Part shown: positions 12,656-26,700 of the stretch, one piece after another
How positions within the stretch are numbered: position 1 is the stretch's first letter
How the letters are laid out: every line of letters begins with the position of its first letter
Source: Oikopleura dioica
Lineage: Eukaryota; Animalia; Chordata
Assembly: GCA_907165135.1 (NCBI GenBank)
Contig: OU015568.1
Coordinates: 12,152,001 to 12,216,000, forward strand
Length of the DNA stretch: 64,000 nucleotides
Direction of reading: 5' to 3'
Translations under genes and position numbers: made by a program
The notes under the pieces: generated by a model
Database searches by the model: none
What the model saw: only the letters and a program-made list of their open reading frames with translations
Told to the model about the DNA's origin: nothing

Positions 12656-13761
12656 TCAAGATTGAAATTTTGATATTCTACTCAAATAATATCCTTTTCT
12701 AATTGGATCTATTTCAATGAGCTCTTGGAGGATTAACTTTGATGATGCTTCCCAGTTTGCATTTTTCAGTCGACTGATGATTTCAAGCAAAGAAAGGGAG
12801 ATGGAGCGAAGGGTTGAGACGTTGTTGTCTTCTTCTTTTTCCAACTCAAGGAGCTCGTTGAGGGATTCTTCGTGACTCTTGAGGATGTTTGTTAATGCTG
12901 AGAGAGGGTTAGATGGGAAAGAATTTATTGCTTTTACTTGATGAGTCAGGGGCGTTGGAAATCAAATGCCTGTGATAAATCCAGCTCGATGCATCACTTG
13001 GGTCCGTGAAGACAGCGTTAAGGACTAGATCCATTTCGTTTTCAACCACTCCTTCTTCCTCTAAAGGACAAGTTATCTTCCCATTCTAGAGAGTTGAACT
13101 CACCAAGATTCAATAATTTGGAGCGATAATGCCACGCAGAAAAGTTGGAGAAAGAGGTTTGAATCAACTTCGTCGTCAGCTGAATTTCTGTCAAGGCGTC
13201 TTGCGGGAGTGCGTTGAGTATGAGCCTTCGATGGTCCCAGCAATGAAAGTTTCTGCCCTGGTTTTCGACTTGGTCTTCGGTCCTGCTCATCAGCATCCTT
13301 TCCGTCAGCCCAACTTCTGTTTTCAAAATTTCTAGGCCTTTTTCTTCGTCAAATTGCCGGATAAGTTTGAGAATGTTTCGCCTATGCGCCCAGGTCGAAT
13401 ATGACTTTGGACTGTCTACAAGACAATTGAAGGTAAGATCTAGTTCTTGTTCAAGCGTCTCCAAGGATTTTTCTTGTTTTGAAGTGGCCATTCGCCGGAG
13501 GGCCGTGAGCCGAAGCTGCCACAAAATCGGCCAGTCCTTCATGTAATACGCCAGAGTCGAACTCTGGCTCAAATAATCTGCCATTGGCGGGAGAAATTCA
13601 TTAGTGCTTTCCAAAAGTTGTTTGAACGTGGGAACCTTGGACTCTGAGGGCTCGTAGAGCTTCTTCTTTATCTTCTGGAATTCTTGAAGCTTTCGCGCTC
13701 GCTCAGCTTCTTTTTCCGCCGCTTTTTGGGCTGAAGTTTTGACTTTTACGCGACCATGCAT
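12656..13761 (-). CDS. RABGGTA: Rab geranylgeranyltransferase alpha subunit (short form)
   Basis: MHGRVKVKTS N-terminus, prenyltransferase-alpha repeats (PKSYSTWAHRR, RNFHCWDHRR, NFSAWHYRS) and C-terminal LIEIDPIRKGYY. Confidence 0.9.
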
Positions 13762-13839
13762 TGCTCAATCTTAAATCGCGAGAATTAGGGATTTTTAAAA
13801 ACAAAAAATTTATAGTTTTAAAATTGGCAGGAAGAAAAA

Positions 13840-15162
13840 TCATTGACAGGCATGTTTTACATGCGAAATAGTCTCGGAACACTCCTTGATCAGCGCTAGA
13901 AGCTCTCTAGTCGCAGTTGGGGAGGTTGTGGTGTTGAGTTCTTCAGCGAGGGCGACCATTTTAGCGCCAATGAGTTGTTGGACTCGGTCCATAGATGTCC
14001 AATCACGAGGTTTAACATTTTCAACATCTTCTGTCTTGGCGACAGGGGCGACTTCTGAAACTGTCAAGATCGGCGTTGAGGATTTGACGAGCGTCGCCTT
14101 CGAATACAGTTCATTTCATACTTTAGGGACAGGAAAACTACCTTTGGTTTGGATTTAGGTTGAACATACGCGGCTTTTGGCTGCTTTTTCGTTTGAGCCG
14201 CGGCTTCTTCTGCGGCTACGTCGACGCAACTAACGCAGTAATTGACTCCTCCTTGAGCTTGAGGAGTTTGGAGAAGGATTGACGAGCAGACTGGGCAATA
14301 GATGATTTCAAAAAACTTTTTGTGGGGCCGGAAATCGTAAAAAAACTGCAAGTGCAGTTTTCTTCAGCTCCTCGAGACGAGTTGAATGATGGGTCTAACT
14401 CATGATAACTCTATGGATTTACCGGTTTACCGGCTGGTTACCGGAAAATACGTTGTCACCGGCCGTTTTTGTTCTAGAAGTGGTAAACAGATGCTCGACC
14501 CAGGAAACTGTTCCTTATAGTCAGTTCTATTGCAGGCTAAAAGATGAAAGTCGTATCATTACTCAGAAGATAGTTATCACTAAAAAACTATTTTTGGCGG
14601 AAATGGGACTAAAAATCAGGAACGTGCAGCGACAACAAAATTTATGCAAAATTTACTGTTTTTATGATAACTCTCTTCGGAGTAATGATACGACTTTCAT
14701 CTTTTAGCCTGCAATAGAACTGACTATAAGGAACAGTTTCCTGGGTCGAGCATCTGTTTACCACTTCTAGAACAAAAACGGCCGGTGACAACGTATTTTC
14801 CGGTAACCAGCCGGTAAACCGGTAAATCCATAGAGTTATCATGAGTTAGACCCATCATTCAATTCGTCTCGAGGAGCTGAAGAAAACTGCACTTGCAGTT
14901 TTTTTACGATTTCCGGCCCCACAAAAAGTTTTTTGAAATCATCAATATTTGTCCAACTAAAAAGCAAGTTTTTCTCGGAAAATCGTTTAGAATTTAATAC
15001 CGAATAGAGAATTTATATAAAGAAATTTCGAATAAGTACCATTCGGTATCCTTTGAGCATGTATTGGCCCATAAGGGCGGAAACACGGTCCGATCGCTTT
15101 CGTTTTTGCTTCAAGATTTCTAGCTCTGCCTCGCTAGGCGGTGTCCAATCAGAATCGTCCAT
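13840..15162 (-). CDS. ZNRD2: Zinc ribbon domain-containing 2 (SSSCA1), exon 2 interrupted by a foldback element
   Basis: Exon 1 MDDSDWTPPSEAELEILKQKRKRSDRVSALMGQYMLKGYRM; with the insertion removed, exon 2 reads LDKYCPVCSSILLQ...NYCVSC; C-terminal TRELLALIKEC. Confidence 0.85.
14301..14943. mobile_element. Foldback/MITE element, 643 bp, with about 280-bp near-perfect inverted arms
   Basis: The sequence starting at 14301 (GATGATTTCAAAAAACTTTTTGTGGGGCCGG...) is mirrored to end at 14943; 4-bp duplication AATA at 14297-14300 and 14944-14947. Confidence 0.92.
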
Positions 15163-15611
15163 TCTACGGAAAATAATGTGTTTAATTTAATCTATTTAAT
15201 ACTTTCAAAAATTAATAAAAGATAGGAAAAACAGTGATTCCCGAATGAAATATTATTCTCTCCAATAATAAACAAACAAAAGCCCCCTTCAGAATCAATA
15301 AACCATAACAATTATCTCTTCTAATCTCTCTGTTCTCTCAGAATCTCCATTGATAAGAATTTCACGCCTTTTGATCTTCATTTTTTGCAATTTTCCTCCA
15401 ATCGGGAGTGCGAGCTCGATCGAACCACTTTTTTACTACACTTCTTTGAACAGCCCGCCTACTCGCTTCTGATTGGCCCGTTTCTTCCTGCATCTTTCAA
15501 TTACCGTTTCAAACCCGTCATTCCTCCTCGATCGCCTCAGTCGCAATCAGCAAAGAGTACTACCGAAACAGGAATCGTATTTTCGATCGATTTTTCAAGC
15601 AGCAAGAAAAA

Positions 15612-15999
15612 ATGAGCACCACTTCCCAGAAACACGCAAACTTCGTAGCCGAGCCGATGGGCGAAAAAGAAGTGACCGAGTGCGCTGGAATTGGACCCAC
15701 TTATGCCAAGAGACTTGAAGAGAAAGGATACACCAAGGCCTACCAACTGCTGGCTCAGTACCTTCTCTTCACCAAGGACGAAGAGATGTTTCAAGAATGG
15801 CTCAAGGTAAGACTAAATCTATCAGATTTTTATGAATCTAAATCCATCGATTCGCACGAGAGCTTTTTCTTCCCGCTTTCTTATTCTCTATGATCAGATA
15901 CCGATAACAAAAGTTCTTCAGGACGAAATCTCGATGAAAGGAAAGCACCTCAAGGACTGCTCCACCTGCATCTCCGAATGGTCTCGAGCCTTCATGTAA
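15612..15999 (+). CDS. BANF1: Barrier-to-autointegration factor
   Basis: [51 protein letters not shown]; after one GT-AG intron, [14 protein letters not shown]. Head-to-head with ZNRD2. Confidence 0.92.
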
Positions 16000-16529
16000 A
16001 AAAATCCTCTCTCTCCAACTCATGAGCTCACAATAACCCATAACCAGAACCGTATATCCTGTAACATACTGTAATAGTTAAGAAATACCGTACTGGGTAG
16101 TGGTAAAATATCTCTAGTTTGCCGCTAACTGCCTAAAACACGCACAAAAACTGTAGGTCATTCCAAAATAAAACAAAAAAAAAAATTGAAATCATGGAAG
16201 AAATATTGTTCAATAAGCAACTTTTCTTTCAACTTGAGAATATTGATGAAGAATGAAATTGATGAACTCATAAATTAAATATCTTGACGTAGCTAGGAGG
16301 AAACGAAAGTGCGCGAAAAGTCTGTGTGTGCCTAATCCTCGCTGTGTGATTAGGTTCAAGTTGGACCAGGGATCACTCTGCCCGAGGTGACTCAAACCAG
16401 ATCAAGGCTCAGGCTCGAGAGTAGCTCATAAAAGTGCCACGCGGGGACCATTCCGCCTTCAGATTGATTCTTTTGGTACTAATTATTTTTCACACTAGTT
16501 TTTCTTAGAGATATTCAAAGAAAGGGAAC

Positions 16530-18118
16530 ATGTCAGGTAACGCTTCGTAAATATTTTGAACATAACAAATTTTAACATTTTTGTCACTCTGTTTGGTAAT
16601 TGAGGGTTTAGCAATTTTCTGCCTCAGGGGAAAGGGAAAACGAAAAGATTAATAATTTTTCTACCAAAATTATAACTGTAAGTTCAAATTCGGAACTACT
16701 CAAACTGCGAATTTCTTTTGTTTTCTTCAGCTTCCACACTTTCTTTCTATTTTACCAGCTTATTCGCTTAGAATTCAGAAAATTGTCTAATTCTGATTGA
16801 AAGAAATTAAATGCATGCAATGAAAATCTTAGTCATTATGTCAACTTTAGCACAAATAGCCGTATTTCTATAAAATCTCTTTCAATTCGCCCATAAATGT
16901 ACCACCTTGAGAAAAAACTGCTGCGTGCTAGCCTTAAACTTTTCGTAGACAATCCATTCGGCGATGATGACACTGAAAAATCCCAACAAGCGACTCCGCA
17001 ACAAACCCAAAAGCAAGATTTTCAAGTAGCTCAGGAGACATCATTCTCGCCCGAAAGTCAATCTATTTCCCGATTGACAGCGGCCACCCGCTTCTACATT
17101 CGCCGACCGCGAGAGCCCGATCAAGTTCTCGTTTCACATGATGTCACCAAGAAGTTCGAAGGTACCTAATAGCTTCACTAAATCACCAGAGGTGGTTGTT
17201 TTATTGCCGCGATCGAAGCTCAGAAATCAGCGCTCTGGGTCGATGCCTGGGCCACGCGCCAAGTTCGCTACTCATCCTTGATTTCAGTGCTCGATCAAAA
17301 TGGCGCGCCGATGTATTATCTCGTCCAGGAGGATTCTTGCTGCAGCAGAACCTTCTGCTGCATGGGAAAATGGTTCTCCGTCGATGTCTACGATCTCGAT
17401 GAAGTTCACGTCGGCCACTTAGAAAAATCGATCGGATGTCTAACATGCTGGTGCGGCTGCTGCCCGCAAAACATGGACATTCACTTTCCTCCGACAAAGA
17501 AGATTGGACAGATTTCGCAGACTTGGAATTTCTTCGGCTCGCCCGAGTTTAGGTACAATTTGAGGTTGATTTACTGCTTCCTTCACTTTTTACGATAGGA
17601 CGGTGAATGATAAACGCGACTTGGTATTTTTGTTCTCAGGAAGTGGATTGTGCGGAGTCAAGAAGATCTCTATTTCTAGTGGAACTGTGAGTCACTTGAA
17701 AGATTCGATTTGAAGACGGTTTGTTTTTAGAAAGAGCGAGTTGGAAAGATGAAGAATCAGTGGGATGGTTTACCAGCAGGAAAAGATTGAAAATATTCAA
17801 TTCAATTTATGAATAATAGACTTATTCATCATAAACTTTAGTCAGAAAAAGAGTACTCACTTCTAAATTAAGATGAATTATTTTCAATCTAAAAAAGCAC
17901 AATTCGGCAGTCAAATTTGCTTCGGAGTTGATTTTGAAAAGTCAAAGACAAAGCTCGATTTAGAACATTTATATCTTCTTCTTGGCAGCTCATTTCTAAT
18001 GGTAACTTTATACACTTTAAATTATATATTCATCTTAATATCATTCTAGGCCTACAATTACTTTGGCGCCAACAAAAAAGTGAAGCACGAAGAACTCATC
18101 GGTCTGAAATCATCCTGA
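16530..18118 (+). CDS. Phospholipid scramblase family protein, multi-exon
   Basis: EDSCCSRTFC, CCPQNMDIHFPPTKKIGQISQTW and the C-terminal FGVDF...LLLGSSFLM helix are typical of PLSCR/Tubby-like scramblases. Confidence 0.75.
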
Positions 18119-19469
18119 TTCCTTTTTTCCAATTCAGCATAAATCCTTTCTTCAAAATATGTTTTCTGTGAATTTTGAATAAAACGTAAGAATGCCAAGA
18201 TTTCATTTCCAAAACCGCTCTTTGCGCAATGAAGAAATGTCTAATGCCAATTTTGAAATTGTGGTGGGGAAAATGCACCACCACCGTGCCTGAGAAATGT
18301 CACAGCACGAAAAAGTCCACAGCGTATTTTGCTCTGAAATGTCGCCGCATAATTTCGCCGTTTTCCGTGCCATTTAGCAGCTGCATCAGACTTACCCTTG
18401 CACCAAACAAACTCTTCTTCCATCGCTTTTTCGTTGACCAAAAACTAGCAATTTTGATACGTAGAATTCATGTCCCGAAACATTCTTCGTTGCTGAGAAT
18501 CTCGAGTAGGTATTTTCACACCTTTCAGGCGATAAGAATAATTCTTATCAAAGACTACCTTGATTCCGGACTCATGGCAAGATTTGCGTCTCAACAACGA
18601 GCAAGCAGGCCACACACGTTTTCAGTATTCTGTTCGTTTGCACTTTGCGAATGAAATGGTTTTCCTCTCTGTAGAGGGATTTAGTCCAATTTTGCCTTTC
18701 TTTCCCGCTAGAATCTGGATAATAAGCCTGCGATACCTGTAATCAGTGAGGAAAGCTGTAGCCATCTGCTCGGTGGAAGTGAGTGTTTTTCAAATAACGG
18801 ATTATCCTCGATTTAGCTGAAGACTTCAAAAACTATTCCGGCCGGCGAATCAGTCTTTATCTTCGAGAATTAGAAAGAATTATATTGAATTTGACCAGTG
18901 CGAAATTCAAACTCTGAATTTTCAAATTCTATGCATAAAGTTGCATTCGAAAAAAAAATTTCAAAGTATTTTATTTCAAAAAATAAAGCACGCAAAAAGA
19001 GGTAAATTGATTGAATTTTGAGACAGTTTTTTTTTGAATGAGTAAGTTTCCTCTCTCGAAGATGTTACCAGTGAGTGTCAATGGATTCACCGTTGATGTG
19101 AGATAGCAGATAGTAAAGTCCGACGAAAGCAGCAGCAAGTATTGCCAAAGCACAAATGCTTCGCATGTCTATTGTGCATTTTACTCTAAAGCAGGTCTTT
19201 TTTTATTTCAACTACAGGTTTCTTACGGTTTCGATTGGATCAGTGGCGTGTTTTCCACTTGGATTTGAACCTGCTTGAAATTGGGAGTCTCCGGCCGTGA
19301 AACGAGCGGGCAAAGATCTAAAAAATGATGAATTTTTGAAAGGAACTTGATAGTTTTACTAACCTGATGTGCTCGAGTAGGAGTCAATTTTTTTGAGCAA
19401 TGGAAGGTGTCTCTTTGGAAATCTACTTTCGAACTCGACTCTGTCTGTAATTGCTTGTATTCTTGACAT
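18096..19469 (-). CDS. Possible multi-exon gene of unknown function
   Basis: Several open segments end at canonical donors (e.g. ...EEEFVWCK then GTAAG near 18390; MSRIQAITDRVEFESRF at 19469). No recognisable family. Confidence 0.25.
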
Positions 19470-19782
19470 TTTCGGGCGGAGTTGTTTTTAAATTTTAAAA
19501 ATTTTTTTTGAAATTTGAAATTTTGAGCAGCGCGATTTCGCTGGTCTGATTTTATACCGAAAACTGGGATTAGAAGCCTATATAACTTGACTCCCGATGT
19601 TTTTCGACCTTATCTAACTAGAGCAGCTAATCAGCTGTTTAGCAGTCTTCTGTATATTTCCGCTGTAGACAGGTATCGGTCTGAACCCCTCACGACCGCG
19701 TCTTTTGTGCTGAAGAGCTGGAACAAAAGCGAGCGCCAGGTCCGGTTGAAATATATTCTAGTGTTCTCGGACACTTCCCGTA

Positions 19783-19855
19783 GCCTCCTTAGCTCAGTGG
19801 TTAGAGCACTGGTCTTGTAAACCAGGGGTCGGTGGTTCGATTCCGCTAGGAGGCA
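19783..19855 (+). tRNA. tRNA-Thr (anticodon TGT)
   Basis: Cloverleaf: acceptor GCCTCCT/AGGAGGC, D-arm AGCTCAGTGGTTAGAGC, anticodon arm CTGGT-CTTGTAA-ACCAG, TTCGATT T-loop; TTTT downstream. Confidence 0.95.
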
Positions 19856-22800
19856 TATTTTGAACCGCGTGGTTATTTTTAACCGCGTTGACCTTTCTTA
19901 AAAATATAGAAAATATATCGCCGTATGCAATCTTTGTTTGATCATTACATCTTTCATGATTGTTGAATAAATATAAAATTCTAGGAAGCTGTAGGAGCCC
20001 CTTTTTCAAAAACGAAAAAAAAATAAAAAGTCGAAAGAGTTTCCGTGTGCTGATAAGGTTGTTGCCCAAACGCGGCTCGATAAACGACCAACTCTGCCCG
20101 AAACAGTGGTGTAAACTTAGTGTTTCACACGCAGTGCGTCAGGTGCAGCCTTATCAGCGGTTTATCAAGGTAATGCAAGTGCTCATCCCGGCTACCAATC
20201 TTAAAGCCTCGTTTCCGAATCTATAGAGAGCTTGCTTGTTGACAAAATTTGCAATTTTGCATTTCATCTTCGAAAATGAAAATACACAACTAACGTCCTC
20301 CATTAGTTTTCATATCGGCATATTTGCGTTATTTTCTTCAACAATTTTTTCTGTAGGGTTAATGAAGCCCTAATAATCCTGTAGAGCAATAATTCTAGCT
20401 CCCATTTTGTTTTCTCATGGGCGCTGATCCTTGTTCTTTAGCCCTTGTTTCTTCAAAAATTGAAATTCAGAGGCATGAAATCGAGAACACAGCACCTCCA
20501 TATTCCAACACGCAAAAGCATGCAGCAACTTTCCCTTTGATCACTACACAGTATCCCGATTTGTTGGCCTTTGAAGCTGAGCGCCGAATTAGGCAGATCA
20601 ACTCGAGTTGATTTATTTAAATGCCTCTCGCTAATTTATACAAAAATAATATACACCCCGCGCCACGGCCGATTACCGAGGTTAGAGGTACCCAAACAAT
20701 CGAAATGTCACACAACCACTCCCATGATCACAATTTCGAAAACGTAATGAGACAGCTCAATTAGGAAATTTGAATTCTAAGATGTTATCGGGTCATAGAG
20801 GTTAATATTGAGACCTATTCGCAAAGATTTAAGAAAACAAGGAGAAGCGGAAAAAAATAAATTTAGGAAAAAAATGACTGTTTATTCATCGAAAAGTTTT
20901 TCGTCGCCGACTGGTAGATTCTGTCTCCTCGACTGTGAGAATAGGACCTGGGAGCGGTTTATTACTCCCCTCGGATGTTCTTTTACGAGCTTGTTTTGCT
21001 CAAACTAACTGTATAGATTGAGACACTCAGCAAAGTCTGCCAGAAACTTTTTTCGCCGTCGCATTTTTTTTCTTTCGTTTTATAGCTTGATTGATAGCTG
21101 GTGACCTTCACTCATTCTCGTCATCGGTGTTGCGCCAGTGCTCCACTACTGGTGTAATTTGTTTTAGTAAGCTCTTCTCCCTGCGCGGTCTTTTGTTTGG
21201 CCCTTGTTTAAACGAACTGTAAACAATACCCAGCACCAGCACCAGCAAATGATTTACTCTCGGCCCATAACTTTTTCATTTTCAAGCGTCGGTAAAAGAC
21301 GTAAATTCAACGGATTTACCGTATACAAATCGGCCATTAGACCGAAACGCATCTCATTTAACCATCCAGAACTAAAATTTAAGGGTCTATTCGTAAAATT
21401 TCTTCAACGAAAATGGAGATAGAACGATTTGGCTACTAGTGAAAAGATTTTCGCCGGAAGTTCTGTCCGTGAAATTCTCCTAGCGGAATGATTCTAGTGC
21501 TGTGGTCAAGAAAATCGTGTAGTAGAAGAAAGACAATTTTCTTGCTCTCGTTTCGTCCGTGAAAAATTCCAATTGTTGTAATATCGTTGCATTGCGGGCG
21601 AAGATGTTCCCAGGGCAGCGTTTCGCGTGTGTCAGTGCTGCTGATGCGTATACTGTCAAGCCGTACATAAACCACAAAATTTAGCTGAATTTGCGACAAC
21701 GAGCTGAGAAAATTCAGTACGGAGATGGGAGAGCCAAGAATCATAGAAACTAGGTACTCTTGTGAGAGAAGGACTGTATTTTGATTCTGGGCAGTAAGCC
21801 AGTTGAACCCATACTGGCAGATTTGCCCAGCTGGGGTTGCGCCTCCAGCTGAGCGCAGTTTTCTGAAAGTCGGGTATTTCAAGTTTGAATACGCCAATTA
21901 TATATTTATACAAGCTCAGGGCTTATGAGCTGCTAATAAGGCCAGCTGCTTTTGTACCGGATGTCTCCAAATTGGGCGATCAATAAGAGTCAGTAAATGA
22001 GATTATCATAACTGTTACCTAACTGTACAACTCTACGTCAAATACGGTTAACTTTGAGTTAGAAAACACTGTCCGCGGACTTTGAAGTAGACGGACTGTA
22101 AGAAGAATCGTCAAAAGTGGATAAACTAATAACGCGAGCGGGGGTAATTAGTATTTACGCTAAGCATGGGAAGATAAGCTGTCGCTTCGCTGTATTTTTT
22201 ATCAGTACTTGTCACTGTCCAGCACCTGCCGAGTGCGCAAAACCCCACCCAGCATTATTTTACTGGCTCTTTTGATGGTAACTTTATGATGCTTACTTTT
22301 TGATTGTAAATTGAAACATGTAAAAAGCGGAAAGAAACTTGGTGGACAAGACAAATACTAACTTGCAAATCAAAGCGGATACACACAAAAGGGAGTGTGA
22401 ATTGAGAATGAAGGAGGTAGCCTACGTTTCCTCGTCGAAAAAACGTAGGTACCCGTCTTTGAGGCGTCAAGACAGTTAGAAGAAGCCGATAAGCAAAGCA
22501 ATAAGATTCACAGTCACACACACAGTATCTAAACGAGACAACATTCCATGCATCCTACTAGCCATCTCGAGTCTACTTTTTTGTATTCCTCAAAAGTCCT
22601 CACCGTTGGATTTATTTTCCATCCGCTTTGTTGAACGTTGAATTCCGGCTTATCAGGCTATTTCCACATTTGGCGGCGGGAGTTTGTAGCTTCTGTCAGT
22701 CGGCCCCACTTCCGCTGGGCTTATCACGCCGCTACCGTGTTTCTTATCGCCAAGTACATTGTGCTGCTTAGTCAACAAACCGTTTTTTATTGCGTTTTGA

Positions 22801-23701
22801 TACTGGCAGTACCTTCAAAAGACTTTACCCGCGCGATAGGCCTAGCTACTATCGAGTGCCTTCTTTCCCAGACTTGCTTTTATACGTAACGCATAGACGG
22901 GACAGAACTATGGTATTAGTAAATAGTCTGATAAGAAATGCGAAGCACACCTGGAGAATGGGCTGGGAGATATTTGGCCGCGATAATTTACAAACTGCGG
23001 ATTACACAGTGTTCGTATTAGCCGAAAAGTGTGTATTCCCGTCGAGGTTATTTTTTCAATTAGCGTCAGATACGCGTGGCATCTCCCAGTTGATTATTTT
23101 TACAGAAATTGTAAGCCTTTTCTGGGGCTCACTAGTAGTGTCGATTCTTTTGCAGAAATTATTCTCTAGGCAAAAGTAGTTTATTAGTATTAAAACTGAA
23201 TAATAAATCAACTGCAGTACTTGCTGTTTCTTTTCATCACTCGAGAGTACCCTTAATTAAATCTTTATCGCTTCTTTGGTAAAATATTGGTTGTGCACTT
23301 GGACAAGTGCTCTTCCAAGATTCAATCCGTACTCAATTTCATTGATCGATAATCTTCGCTTCCGGATAATCCTTTCTTTCCCGCCTCGGATGCTGAAAAG
23401 TCTGCAACAGCGCCACCAAGAAATTAGTACCCTGGCTGTACCCGGGACGGTGATTGGCTGTCGCGTACTGTGCTCAGAGTACAGCGAGTCTCATCGGCCG
23501 ACTCTCTCGGGTGGCGCTCATCGGAGTGCGCGGCGCTCGGGAGCAATTCTAAACCCGTCCCTGCAAAAAATAGGCGGCGGACGGGACAACTACAACTGTA
23601 CCAAAGAGAGGCACACACATAAGTTCCCTCCAATACAAAAATATAGAAACAGATATTGAAAAACAACAGAGCTTTGATTGAACACACAGACACCACTCAA
23701 C

Positions 23702-26700
23702 ATGGCAGATACACAGGTAAGAGTAAGGTAGTTTTGTTTTTGTCTCTAGAACTGTTTATAAAATTACGGGATTTCCAGGAAATCGGTCAGTTACCGGGAA
23801 ACTCTCTCTAGACCGAAAGTAAAAGTTTGTTTTCGTACCCAAAGTTTAAAATAACGTGCTTTTTAGCCGGCGAACATATCAATGTATCAAGACTTTTTAA
23901 TGAAGTTTGCGCAGCAGCAACAATCTCCGCTGCAGAAGAACTTGCTACAGACAAATCCACTTCTTCATCAGGTAAATAAAAGAGTTCATAATTAGTATTC
24001 GAGTCGAAATCGAACCAAAAGAGTGTTTTTTGAGTGCGACTCTTTTTGATTAATCTCAAAATTATCGCCATCGCATACCATCCCAGTGGTCACGTGTAAC
24101 TAAAAGTAAGTTCCTGGATGATGTGCGATGGCGAAAACGCGGATTGAAAAATTGAAATTGGAGCATTTGAGTTGAAAAACTGCTGTCCGACAATTTCAGA
24201 TTCGCCAGTCGCCCAGGCGGCGCGAAAATTTACGTTTCGATGTACTTTCTTACATTATTTTTCACAATAAGGAGGCCCCGCTCACTTTTTTTCAATTTTA
24301 GATGCAGCAGCAAATGCAAAGAGATCGTGCTACAAATGAGCGAAATTCGGTCGGTGAAAACTCGGCTGAATCGGTTTCACCGGTTTCGTCCGGTGCTCCT
24401 GCTACGTCCAGAGATTTGCTCAATGCCCTGGCTGAACAAAAGCTCCCGACTTTGATGAAACAAGAGACGCCAAAGACTCCCAGACGAAGTAAGTACCAAG
24501 CATTAGATAAACACATAAAATTAATTTGGAAGCTAATTTATTATCGCCTGTTAAACATGTTCTCAGCTTATCATTTCCTGATGCGTTTTGCTTTTTGGCG
24601 AAATCGGTTCCACGCTATTTGACAAGAATTCTCATACCTTTTTATTCAACTACAATCACAGACACAGTAATCAGTAGTCTCGCCAAGAACAACATTATTT
24701 CGAAATCAATTTTGAAAAACCGGAAATTCAGAAATTAGCGTTCACCTAGCGCGGAACTGAAGGGTGTCCCACTTAAGGATATAGCCGTTCTCAAGGCACT
24801 TTCGTAGCGCCAAAAGGGGACGATAAAATTTTTTCATTTCAAAAGGAACCCTACCTAAAATTGCCTAAGAAACCCGATTCTAGTGTTCTTTTTAATTTTT
24901 TAATGGAAAAATTTCTCTTTAGAGCAATTTTAAATCTTACGATCACTTTTTCTCGAGAATTTTCCATTAAATCGGTCGAGTTTTTTTGATAAATTAAAAA
25001 TTTGGACCTTTCTCTACATTCCTAGGGCTTAAGTTTTAATAGATTCCAAATATTTATGATTCTAGAGCCATTTTTATGAGGCTTACTTGAGTGAGCCGAA
25101 GCGTCAGACAGCGCTCTGGTTTGCTGCGCTGGGCGCCCTCCTCCATCGCGCGGTGAGGCGCGCATGTGAAAGGGCGCGCTGATTGGTCGAGCGCCCTGAA
25201 CGCAGCATTTATGAAAAAGAAAAGCAAAAAAGAAGAAGACGCTAGAATGAAAATTTGCCCGAGTTTTCAAATTTTGAAGCCCTAAGAAGCTAGATTAGCA
25301 GTTATTTATAATAAAACACGGTTTCGTTTTAGCGATTTAATTGAAAAATTTCGAGAAAAAGTGATCGTAAGATTTCAAATCGCTCCAGAGAGAAATTTTC
25401 TTTGAAAAAAATATTAAAAAACATCAGAATCGAATTCTAGACAAAATTTTAGGTAGGACCTGTCTTGAAATGAAAAACTTTTATCGCCCCATTTCGGCGC
25501 TACGAAAGTGCCTTGAGAACGGCTATATCCTTAACCTTTCGACCCCTTTCCCTGACGCTCATTTCTTCATTTAGATGATCAAAAAGAGCAGCACAAGTGT
25601 CCCAAATGCGACTACATGACCCCGTGGAAGTCGTCCATTGCCACGCACATGAAGCTCAAGCATTCCAGTAAGTAACAATACAGTAGACAATAGAGAAGTA
25701 GACCCGGAGATACTTTTATAAGTGTAACTCTAGTCTGACGCACTTGAAAATCGAATGATCAGAATCCGGGAAGGGATCTCAGTACGGAATCCCGGACATT
25801 GATTAACTCCGCGTACGGGGCACTTAAGGAGCCTAGCTTGATTATCAAACCTAGCGTAAGAATCTCGCTAGAACAAAGTTGCTCTCCGAAAAACGACGAT
25901 AATCGAAAACTAAGTACTTTCAAAGTAATTTTACCCGAGCTCCGCCATTCTACTGAAATCGGAGAGGCGAGTTCCCAGCGTGTTCGGCCATTAGCGGCAT
26001 TGTGCACCTGCCAATTTGGAACCGTTACTCCCCTCCCACAGTTGTACCTAAGCAAATTAGCCGTAACAAACGAAGGAAGCAAGCATGTTTCCGACAACTT
26101 TGCATTTTTGAAATTTGAAATTTTTAGACGAGCGACCTTGGCGATGCGACATTTGCTCCAAAGCGTATAAACTCAAGCACCATCTCAAAGCGCACATGGA
26201 AGGATCTCATGCTTCAGAAAAACCCTATCAATGCAAACTTTGTGTTTTCAGGTAAGAAAAACTTTGAACTTTGATGAGATCGGTTTATGGATACAAATCG
26301 GTTCATTAACGGGTTGTAAATCTGAGCCAGAATGTCAAAGTGTATATCGCGCCGTGGGGGATGATTAATTTCTTATCAAGTGTGCCCAAGTCCGCCTTTT
26401 GATCGCGCTCATCCGAGCGTACCTCCAGCTCGCCCCAGGGCCAGATGCGCCCACACAATCTCTATTAACTAGTGCCCAAAAATAAAGAGTCCCGCACAGC
26501 GTGAAGCGAAATCGATTCATTTTATATCGCTTCTCTAATTATATAATTTAGCTGCATCGATTCGCGCACGCTGAATAAACACATGTTCAACAAGCATGGT
26601 CGTCAGAATCCGCTCAAGCACGGCTCTGGAATGCTCGGTGGAGCCGGAGGGCCAATGCGAGGCCGCGTCCTCCCCAATATGCTTCCAATGAGTCGACCTT

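Noticed and set aside
14402-14842. Two near-identical ORFs (MITLWIYRF...) on opposite strands
   Set aside because: They are a by-product of the foldback element's inverted arms, not genes.
21100-21913. Overlapping minus-strand ORFs suggesting a small membrane-protein gene
   Set aside because: I could not build a consistent exon chain or recognise a family, so it is left unannotated.
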